A stretch of DNA of 64,000 nucleotides, from the NCBI GenBank assembly GCA_000002445.1, contig CH464491.1, positions 1,152,001 through 1,216,000 of the forward strand. The letters run 5' to 3'. The translations under genes and the position numbers were made by a program. This document shows positions 41,567 to 51,572 of this stretch, one piece after another; within the stretch, counting starts at the first letter, position 1, and each line of letters opens with the position of its first letter. The DNA is from Trypanosoma brucei (lineage: Eukaryota). The notes under the pieces are model-generated. The model ran no database searches. It worked only from the letters and a program-made list of their open reading frames with translations, and was not told the DNA's origin.

Positions 41567-43095
41567 CAACTATTACGCTCTCCATAATTTAGTCGCTCCC
41601 GGGTTATTCGCATCCACATGGAACGCAACTCAGCGAGGAAGCATACCTGTGGATTCACAACGGGCCGTGCCCTCTGTAGACATTGCAGCAAACTCGAGAA
41701 GGAGAACACATGCATGTCACCATTGCCTGATTCGTCGCCAGAAGGAGCTGCATTGTTTGTAGGATCATCTGAATGTAGGGAACCTCTTTCACCTTCAACC
41801 ACCTGCTGCAAAGGTGTGCGAATCCGCCCCGCACATCTCCGTATGTAATACGCCATAATTATGCTCGGACTACGTGAAACGCCCTTTAAGCAATGTACCA
41901 ATACACCTGGGAGCACACAAAGGGTTGCTCGCAGAAAATCACTTGGTTCCAAATCGTTGCCTAGCAAAAGTACGAGTGGTTGAAAGCCGTCGCCGCGAGC
42001 AGGCCACGCAACATTGCTACTAATCTGTTCAGCTGCCTCAGTACAATCATCGTTGCGGGCAGCCGCAGTTTTGACAGCTCCTCTAGGTTCTTGCTTCTCT
42101 CTTGTTTTCTTCACCATCACTTCGGTGAGCCTGTGAAGTGCAACCAGCGCCTCCTTGGCAGCCGCGTCGTTGGGCTCAGAAACATTTTCTGATAGTTGGG
42201 ACCCGTTCGCGCCAACAGTGTTGGCAATATGAACGAGACACTGGAGAATAACCGTCGTCTCCATTACAACCGACGTCGCAGCATCGATAAGAAGATGCAT
42301 AAAATCCTCCACAACGTCAACAACGTCGGCTATCCGCGATGTGGCGTTATCTTCCATGGATATAGCAAAGTAATAGATCGGGACCGAAAGTACCGGAAGC
42401 TCCCCATCGAAAAAAAACTCCTCTTCCCTCAAGGGACTTGTCACAGTGTTGCAATCACTCCCGTTGTTGTCACCCTCAGAGCCGGCAACAGATTTTTCAG
42501 CCCTTTCAAGAGCGACTCGTCGACGCAGCAGCGAACTGATGCATACCAGTAAGCTGCGCAGGAATGTTCGCTCATATTCCTCCAATATTTCTCGAAGGTT
42601 GCGACCCCCACCCGCAGCCGTCAGGTTCCTATCAGAGTTGGGAACAAATGTGGGAAGTGACACGGGAACCACACGCAGCTTCAACTGTGCCAACGGCGTA
42701 TTCTCAAATAACATGCGGCTGTTACTCCTCTCGTCTACGAACACCGATTCCTTCGGCATCAACGGCGTACTTGAGGTGATGAGTACCCCGCGTATCCACC
42801 GATCCCTTGGTGATGCCACAGTTCCTGTTTGCTCTCCCCCTATGGAACATTCTACCGGACTCGCAGCCTCATGGAAAAGCAATCGCTCCGTCAAGTTACC
42901 ACTTTTTGCACCTGCAGCGCTGGTGAGGAAAACCCCTCCAGTCGAAGCTGTGGGGCAGTCGACCTCTTCCTTAAAGAAGGTGGAGTTCACAGCGTCAGAT
43001 ACATCGACAATACTGTCCCTGCGTTGCGACTCCAGCAACCCCTTAACAAGCTGCATCTGTTGCTCGTTCAGTTTACGATCATCGTCCCCCATCAT
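41566..43095 (-). CDS. dual-specificity protein phosphatase (DUSP) with long N-terminal extension (509 aa)
   Basis: The active-site signature VLVHCLKGVSRSPSIIMAYYIRR fits HCxxGxxRS followed by AYLM-like. The downstream RARPVVNPQVCFLAELRS matches the DUSP C-terminal R....PN.GF..QL motif. (AT)n abuts the stop. Confidence 0.7.
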   Translation of the reverse strand: MMGDDDRKLNEQQMQLVKGLLESQRRDSIVDVSDAVNSTFFKEEVDCPTASTGGVFLTSAAGAKSGNLTERLLFHEAASPVECSIGGEQTGTVASPRDRWIRGVLITSSTPLMPKESVFVDERSNSRMLFENTPLAQLKLRVVPVSLPTFVPNSDRNLTAAGGGRNLREILEEYERTFLRSLLVCISSLLRRRVALERAEKSVAGSEGDNNGSDCNTVTSPLREEEFFFDGELPVLSVPIYYFAISMEDNATSRIADVVDVVEDFMHLLIDAATSVVMETTVILQCLVHIANTVGANGSQLSENVSEPNDAAAKEALVALHRLTEVMVKKTREKQEPRGAVKTAAARNDDCTEAAEQISSNVAWPARGDGFQPLVLLLGNDLEPSDFLRATLCVLPGVLVHCLKGVSRSPSIIMAYYIRRCAGRIRTPLQQVVEGERGSLHSDDPTNNAAPSGDESGNGDMHVFSFSSLLQCLQRARPVVNPQVCFLAELRSMWMRITRERLNYGERNS

Positions 43096-46000
43096 GGACA
43101 GATTTTTTTATCTGTTTCCCTTATTGGAAGGGGTTTCTTATTATCCACAACTGGAAGGCGTTGCTGTTGGCGAAAAGGCTGTAGAAGCATAAGCACCCCA
43201 TGGCAGACGTCAGTAAACAAAAAAAAAAAAGAGACAATGGAAAAACGAATTAGAGGATCATTGCAACTGCAATGGTCGCCATGCAATGTGGAAAATGAAA
43301 TTATTGGAAGGCTCGTCATGTAACAAAGGAAACATTGACTGCGCCCTACACGCATATGCGCAAAAACAGAAGGAAAAGGGAACGTTCAAATTTGTTAACG
43401 GTAACATAGGTTCACAACAGTGGTTGAGACACGAGAACGTGATGAATTGACCCAATAACTCCGCATGACTCTTTGTAACTCCCCCTCACACTACTTGGAG
43501 CATCTTTTAATTACGCAGCGACTCATATATATATATATATTTCCCCCTCCTCCAAAACCCCTCAGCTTCCGGCACACGACCATCAGGTGGTAGTGAATTC
43601 AAATGCCAAAACTTTACAAACCCATATAGGACCCTTCACCAAACGGGAGAGTGGCAAAAATATTTCGGCGGTATCACGCAATACAAACACCTTGTAATTG
43701 TAATAAACCCATTTCCTCCTATCTTTGTTTTGTTTTTCACATATGTGACGACCTCCTCCCTACTTCCTCCTAGAAACTTTTTTTTAAAGGTGCTCATGAA
43801 TAAAAAGGCACAAAAAGAGGAGTAGAAGGATGTACGAACCACATTTGTGGAGAATTTTGCACAGCCAAGGGTAATGCGATAACCCTTTCATATTTTCAAT
43901 GTGATTTTGAATTGTAGAGAGTTTTTTTTTTTATTCAGGATTGTTATTTTGTTAAAAACGAGCGGCAGCAAAAGTCAAACAAAGAAAAAAAAAAGAGACA
44001 AAGAACACAAACACGAAGGAATAGCAGTGCGATCCATTCTATTCTAGGCGCACGCTTGGTCAATAGGTGGGGAACTTTAAAAACAAAACAAGAGATCAAA
44101 AGCAGCAACAAAAAAAAACCTCTCGGCTTCACTTGATAAAAAAGAGAAACAAATACATGATAAGAATGGAAATGAATTTAGCGAAGAAGCGAAATCCACA
44201 CGGAGAAGATGACGAAGTGTGACAGTTTGCGAATGTTACCTTCGCTCGGCCAACTGTATCGAACACAAAAATAAATACGCACATACACCATTTTCTCGTT
44301 CATCCATTCATATTCTATAGTGCGGCCGTGGAGGAAGCCGACAGCAACATCGATGACTGAAGCAAATAAACAATATTCCACACATTGGAAGTTTTTGTTT
44401 GGATGTTTTCATCAAAGTTAGCAATCGTGCACACAGCGTGAACAAAGAAAAACAAAACATCAATAACGAAAGCAAAAGAGAAAACAAACAAAGAACAGAA
44501 AATATTTTCAGTTTGCCCCTCTTTCCCATTACAAACACAAACACAAACACACACAAATATATATATGTATATATACAAGCACAGTTAAGTAATAAAACCA
44601 AAGGGAGAGTAACATAGGAGTAGAGAAGTAAAAGAACAGGAATGCGTGAGGTTGTGTAAGAGAGAAAGAAGAAGGGAATGGGATCAAACGTTGGGATATT
44701 TTCGGTGGTCCGCTTCCTTCCCCGAGCATCACTCCAACAAATCCAATACTAAGAAAAAGCCACTGGCTCAAAAATATACTCCTTGGCATTTCTTCTTGTG
44801 ATACAAATTTTGGAAATGAGACAAACGACAATAGGTTGCCGCGCCCTATGGCGTCACACCTCACCACAAAGAAACACATGTGTGAGGAGGAATTAGAGTA
44901 ATGTCACGGGAAACATACGAGTAAAGATAAGCAAAGATATCATTACACCTTAAGAAGACACTTAAGCTGTTAGAAATATGAGTGTCTTTCTCTCTCTCTC
45001 TCTGAAGAAGAACAAGGAAGTGAAGCCGCATTCCTTTTGTTGTTGTAGTTGTTTTCCATTCGTGTATCCATGTGTATGTTATGAATTTTTTTTTACACCC
45101 TTATACCGTTGCTTCTTTGAGTATTTTCCCCCACTTCTTACAACCTCACCTCACTACTTGCTCTTAACTGCCTTCATTATCTCCCTTTCCCTCTGAGGTG
45201 CCGCTGCTGTTGTTTGTCTTACCTCTGGCTCCCCAAGACACTCAAAACAAAGGTGAAAAGAAAGGAAAGGTGCTCAGTTCAAGTTAGAGGCCTCATGCAC
45301 ACATACAAAAAAAAACAAAATAAAAACACATTGCTTGCCATGTCACCACGCGGTACAGATGTCTTATCTTCCATATCTCATTCGTTGGAAATAATTTCCC
45401 AACTGTAAGTCACCTCACAATTTCCTTATTTGGTCATTTCCTTTACACCAGGTAGATGCGAGAAAAGGGAAAGTTGGCACGTATACACAACATTAGAGGG
45501 AGGGAAAGGCATACGTGCCCCCATCCCTTCTTCCCTTTTCCCTTTTTCCCTCCAAACCCCGAAAATAAGAAACGAAGTGTTACTACCGTCTATGTTGCTT
45601 GCGGTCATCACGCGAATGAACAGTAAGGACGCGTAACCGGGTTCGTGTGTGTGCGTGTTGTTGTTGATGTTTTTTTTTTTCATTTGTGACGTTTTCCTTC
45701 CCATACCCCCAGTACACCCCCAGGTAATAATAACGGTAATTATATATTTATTTATTTAAATATGTAAATAGACGTATGAAAATTCAGCTTTCTTCCCAGT
45801 CATTCCACTCAATTGCACATCCCCCCATCCCCCGTACACAAATCTCTCTATCCGGTAAGGAGAAAATGACGGGGAAATGTTAAGTGTTCGGAGAAGTGTA
45901 GAGAGAGTTCATTATCATTTTTTTAAAAAAAAAAGTAAAATAAAACAAAATAAAATAGATACAATTATGATTGTGTTGTGTTGCTGCTGCTGCTGCTACT

Positions 46001-46301
46001 ATCTCTATGATTGGCTGCGGAAACTCCTGACCCCAGCAAGTTAGGCGATGAGGTAGGAGTACGCGCTCACGTGGCTCAAAAACAAGAAAAAACGTCCCAG
46101 TCCCCATAATCCATGGTTTTTCTTCCGGTCCTGATTATAACACCCGATTGGTTCATGTTTTCATACGTATATACGTATGTAGATATGTATATATCATTTT
46201 GTGTGTGTGCTTTTTCCTTGTATATATATATATATTTATTTATTTATGTTTCAAGCGGATATTGCACGTTGGGTACACTCTATTAACCGTCTCATCCGAT
46301 T

Positions 46302-47825
46302 TCAGCCAGTGTGTGCATCATTGTCTTGGTGGCCTCGGCCTCGGCGCTCCATCCAAATACGGCAGCGAAACTTGGAGAACATCACCTGCAGAAGTGCTCG
46401 GAAGTCCACGCGATCATCGCTTTCGTACATAAATGTCAGCTTCTGCCGATCAAACTGGTAGGCGGCTCCAACCACGCGAATAGTGAGCCCGAGTTGTTCA
46501 CACACATGACGGCATTCCTCCACCGCCTCGTTCTCCCTCTCCACAAGCGGTCCCTTCCAGTCCTCTACCTCTTCATCCAGGGCGCACCGCAGCACTTGCG
46601 CTGGTGCGGAGTTCCCGCTTGGTTCCGAGATCAACTCCTTCACATTGATCACTTCACCGAGGTCAACGCCACGGTCTGCTTCGAAAATCACATATTTGCC
46701 TTTGCTTAACCGCAAGCAGCATATGGCAGTCACATCACGGTGGCCGTGACAGCGCAGAGTAACAAGAAACTTTCTATCCCCACACTCCCCATGCGACTCA
46801 TTGTCAGCATGGATCGAAGAGAAGTTGGAGACAAACTTGTCGCCGTCGTGAAAGATGCAGTTGTTATTGTTGTTGTCGCCTTTCTGCTTGTTCTTCCCTC
46901 TTGACTGCCTTCGCTCCCTTCTGCGCTTCCCTTGCTCCACCTCCTCCTTATTCAATAGCTGTTCCTCTGTGCCATCGGAGATCATTTGTGGTACGTTATC
47001 AACACCAGGGAAACCAACGGTGACGAGCACCTTTTTCTCCTTTCGCTTCACCTTGTCACCCACCCTTCGCTTACTCTCATGCACATGCTCTTCGTATGCC
47101 TGCTCCAGCTCTATTGCGAGAGAGGTGGGTTTATCGTCTATCGACACCTTCACTGATGGTAGCGCTGCTGCTGCAGCAGATAGGACGGCGTTTGACACTG
47201 CACCGATCGCGTTATCGGTGGTAATCCCAGTTGAAGCAACGAAGTTCATTGGAGCGCTGCGCAGGTATGTGCGAGTGCAAGTTTCATCGAGGAGAGCACT
47301 GCCTGGCGTTGCGTGTGTGATGTACCGGCACACTGTGGCTGGCGAAGCGGTCATACCCATCCCAGAAGAAGGTGTTGGAGCACCAACAGAAACTTGCCGG
47401 AGCATCTGCGGTTTGTCAACCTTTTCTGGGGTTTGCATGGATGCGGAAGAATTGTTATAATATGCGGCGCGATTCTGCCCCTCGGACTCCGGTGGTGCTC
47501 TTTTCGACAAGTATGCGTTGTCCACAGGGAAGGCGGTGCTGCTGTTGGCACTCCCTTGGGTGCCGAAAGGAATAAATGGACTCATCCCGCTGCTATCGGT
47601 AACCAAGTCCACAAACTGTTGGTGGCGTGGAACTCTGCTCGGCCCGTACACGGGTTGCAGGGGTCCTGCCAACTGGGCAAAGGTGATGGAAGAAAGAGCG
47701 TCCATGCATGATTGGTTCCCCTCATTAGCCGCCATGAAGAAGTTGATGGCACCTGGAGTGAGGCCATGTGGTGTGCTTGGAAGACTTGAAGGAGCGCTGA
47801 ACGATTCCCTACTCCCGCTCATCAT
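46302..47825 (-). CDS. PSP1 C-terminal domain protein (507 aa)
   Basis: The C-terminal region ...CGDRKFLVTLRCHGHRDVTAICCLRLSKGKYVIFEADRGVDLGEVINV...LTFMYESDDRVDFRALLQVMFSKF matches the PSP1 C-terminal conserved block (vIvEaDRG.DlG.V ... DfR.L). The N-terminal half is low-complexity. Confidence 0.65.
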   Translation of the reverse strand: MMSGSRESFSAPSSLPSTPHGLTPGAINFFMAANEGNQSCMDALSSITFAQLAGPLQPVYGPSRVPRHQQFVDLVTDSSGMSPFIPFGTQGSANSSTAFPVDNAYLSKRAPPESEGQNRAAYYNNSSASMQTPEKVDKPQMLRQVSVGAPTPSSGMGMTASPATVCRYITHATPGSALLDETCTRTYLRSAPMNFVASTGITTDNAIGAVSNAVLSAAAAALPSVKVSIDDKPTSLAIELEQAYEEHVHESKRRVGDKVKRKEKKVLVTVGFPGVDNVPQMISDGTEEQLLNKEEVEQGKRRRERRQSRGKNKQKGDNNNNNCIFHDGDKFVSNFSSIHADNESHGECGDRKFLVTLRCHGHRDVTAICCLRLSKGKYVIFEADRGVDLGEVINVKELISEPSGNSAPAQVLRCALDEEVEDWKGPLVERENEAVEECRHVCEQLGLTIRVVGAAYQFDRQKLTFMYESDDRVDFRALLQVMFSKFRCRIWMERRGRGHQDNDAHTG

Positions 47826-48873
47826 ATTAGCACTTAGTATGGTATCGTTCGTTTACAGATTTTTTTTTGCGTGTGTTCTCTTGAGCTCCTCGCGGCTTCA
47901 GGTATGTACCTTATCTTTTTTTAAAAAAAGGCTGATATTGAAGCCAAATGGTTGCCTTTTCCGGTTTGATTCTTTTTCTTTCTTGCAAGTGCAGCGACAG
48001 TATATACCTATGTATATATCCACCCACGTACAAGAAAAAAAAGAAGTCGCACCTCCGTGTTTTACTCCCTTTTCTTTAACGCCTTCCTGATGCAGTCCAA
48101 TTATTCCTCTCGTGTTGCTTGCCTGTGATTGTTCTGTTCCTCGTCCTTTTTTTACTGGATCGTATGTGCCTTTATTTCCTTTTAAACTGCAGGAGCTGCA
48201 GCAGTATTGAGAGAGTTCCAGTGAGGAGAGAGAAAAAAAGAAAAAGGCACGCAAAAAATAGAAAGGTACGAAAAACGTGTTGATCAACCTTAAAACACCA
48301 CACACCCCTCTGTGTTATTCCATCATGCACATCAATCGCAACCAGTGCCAGTTTTCGTAATGTTAAGAAGCAGTAGATCCACTCCTCAAAGTCATCTTTG
48401 GTACTATTAAGTTATTAACCGCACATTAGAATCATTACCCTCAATCGACACAATCCGGAGTTGCGGGGACGTAAATGGGGGTGGTAGTTTTGGTTGAGTG
48501 GCGAGTCCGTCCATACTATTTGGTTTACAGAAAAGTCTCAATATCAAAAACGTAAAAAGGGCTGTAAATTCTGGGTCCATTATGTTTTCATCACGCACTT
48601 ATCACATTTCCTATGCTGCTTTTCTTCCCACGTCGAGGGAGGTGTTAAAGCATCCTTGCAAGTTTAACTTTTGTGGCACTATAAACACACACAACTCCTA
48701 ATATAACATCTGTCCTCCTGCATGCAGCACCCAAATCCTCTTCCTCACTCCTTCATTGGGGTTTTCGGCTGAATTTTATCATCCCCACCACCACGGCGCC
48801 ATCTTCTTCCCGACAACCAACTCGTTTCCCACCTTACACTCAACATCGACTCCCACTATCCTTGAGTTCATCC

Positions 48874-48886
48874 CCCCCCCCCCCAT
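48874..48886. repeat. C13 homopolymer
   Basis: ccccccccccccc. Confidence 0.9.
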
Positions 48887-49026
48887 CAACGAACTCCGCA
48901 GCTACATGTCCCACAATACCTCGTTGGATTGATGCCTTGAGAGAGAGAAAACAAAAGAGGAATAACCGTAGGGAAGAGCTTTGACACCCTACGGATGCTT
49001 CGACACACTCCTACTGTCGCTTATTA

Positions 49027-50643
49027 CTATCCTTCATCCTCCTCGTTACCGCTGCGCTTCTCAGCTGGTGCGTTCGCATCACCCACCGTTGTTTTTGAAC
49101 CCTTTTCAAGTCTCACCTTCTTCCGTACTGGCTGCTCACTTTGAGTAAATTCAAGCGGTTCGGCGAGGACTAACGCAACATCATCCGGAATTGTGGCAGA
49201 CATAACCTCTTCAGGAACAGCCAGAGGCTCCAACGGCGGAAGTCCACACAATACAGTTGCCCTCTTGGCCGACACAGCAACTGTTGCAGAGAATCTTGCG
49301 GTTATATACCGATCCCCCTTCACACGCATCACGGGAAGTGGGTCTATTACACCTTGTTTTCGAAGAACAGCTACTGCCATCCGGGCTTTGAGGGGATTTT
49401 CCACATGTTTCAAACTGAAGGGGAAACACTGGTGCTTTTCCGTCATTTCCTTCAAAGTAGCTTGTACGGACTGCACGCGGAAATCAGTTTGGAGGTCAAC
49501 CTCTGTGCGACGGAATATAACGGTTTCCTCGTCCTCAGAAGGGCGGACTTTATATGAGTTATGGTCTGTGAAGGCCACGTCAACGGTCCAAACTTGGTTG
49601 GCACCGATTGTACAGTCAGCAACGTCCTGCTGCGGCGCCTCAGCGACCACGCGGCGCGTGATGATACAATCCATTCCGTCCGGAACCCAACGCTTGGTGC
49701 GGTTTGACAAGACGCCTTCAAGAGCCTGAACGCCGTAGTGGTTGCCTACGCGGTGGATAAAGTCGGTGATGTCAGCATTCAGATTTCCAGGCTGCAAAAG
49801 ATGAATCACCCCGTGAAGTGCTACACGCGCCGCTTCAATGGCGTTGCTCACCCCCTGGGTTATGGGGCGAGAACCAGATTTGCTGTTGGCTCTGGAAGAG
49901 GAACCGTCGTTGGTTGCGCCGGCATCACTCGTGTTCCCCTCGCTGCTAAGGTCAAACGGCACAATAATCGTGCGAGCCGCGGAAACGGGATAACCGTCGA
50001 TATGGCAGCCCATGTGGATCTTCACCACATCACCACCACGAAGTGTTGTCGCCTTCGATTCCTCAAGTGGCGCATGATTACAAAGCACGTGGTTAACAGA
50101 AATGTTAGTAGGGTATGAAAGCCCTCGAATGATACGGTTCCCATCTGCATCTTTCTTCTTGAACATCCCCAGCACCCGCTGAAGTAATTCCTGGTCGCCC
50201 AAGTCACACAACTGCTTGGTATTTGTACCAGGGACACAAGCAGCGATGACAAGCCCGATGACCTCATCCACAGCACGTCCACCTGACTTGTACTTGGTCA
50301 TAACGTCAGGCTTCACGATGGTTTCGGCCGCGGCTTCATCCGGTTCAATGTGATTCACGAGCTCCTTCTCCATCTCAACCAACCTTTGTCGTATTGTTGA
50401 GGCAGAGCGAGTCCGCGACTTACTGACCTTCCGCTCAGTACTGGTTACTCGCTTCTCCGCCTGTGTGTCCTTGTTGTCCCTCGGCATTGGGGTTTGGGGC
50501 CTGGGCTTCTTGTTTTCCACGGGCGTGACAGATGAGGATTTAACAGAGTGCAACTTCTGCTGAAGCGACATCGACCGGTTTCGCTTCATGCGAAGCGTGG
50601 GTCGTAGGCTCCTACTACGACTGTTACTGTACCCTCTTCCCAT
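49027..50643 (-). CDS. PA2G4: proliferation-associated protein 2G4 / ErbB3-binding protein 1 (PA2G4/EBP1) homolog, MetAP2-like pita-bread fold, with ~100-aa basic RS-rich N-terminal extension (538 aa)
   Basis: [22 protein letters not shown] aligns with human EBP1 [55 protein letters not shown] aligns with [54 protein letters not shown] aligns with [25 protein letters not shown]. Confidence 0.8.
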   Translation of the reverse strand: [538 protein letters not shown]

Positions 50644-51572
50644 TTCGACACAGTGATACTTTGTTTTGTCGATAACAGTGCGACAAGTGAGAACTACAAA
50701 CTGACGCGGCTAGCCGAGAAAGAGACCTACCAGCAATAAGCGACACACGCACCGTTAGCTACACAGTTCAGGGGCGGTGAAATAATTTTAAAAATGGAAA
50801 GGGGAAAAAGCGGATGGCCGGCAGAAAAGTAACATACACCGACGGTGCTTTTCCAGTACAATATGGAGCTCGCATCGTTACTGAGTGTCTCTTAGAGAAA
50901 CACAACGAACACACGGCAAATCGTTAAGAGTTTAAATGATAGCGAAAGGGGGGAAAGAATGTCCATAGATAGAAAAATTGATGGAACACTGTCCGCTACG
51001 ATCCAGGAAGTATATTTTCTACTAACAGCCCTAGCCCCGCATCACAAGTGGCACGTCCAACGTCCCCAGCATGAATGGCTAACGCCGTGGTCACCTCCAA
51101 GTAGCATCACGCAACGAACCTCATTCAAAATTTTCATCATCTCATCAACAGAAACTAAATACACCTCCTACTGCTTTTCGTTATTTTCCACCCTATATAC
51201 GGACAGCTGAAGCCACTGTACATCAGCACATCTAACAAAGATATACCATATGACCTCAATATATTTTTAAAAGCTCCACTGGCATTCGCAAACGCATGAA
51301 GATAAACAAACATCCATTCATATACGTATGCCTGTTTGTGAAACCGTTCCTACGCAAATGGATGCCCCACTCGTTTGATCGGTCTATTCCCCTCTTCCTC
51401 ACCTCATTTCCGGTGCCGTTCCTCCCAATTATGCAACGAACAGCACACACACGCGCAAAGCGGTGCCTATAAGCCTCACTCTCACGCCCACTATGAGACA
51501 TGTCAACAATCTGTCCCACAATATTGCCCTCATAAAGCGAAAGAATTGGGCCCTCCAAAATCATAATAAGCG

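Noticed and set aside
46148-46461. + strand ORFs overlapping the 3' end of the PSP1 gene and ORF 46311-46709
   Set aside because: They are opposite to the local transcription direction and overlap a well-supported minus-strand CDS.
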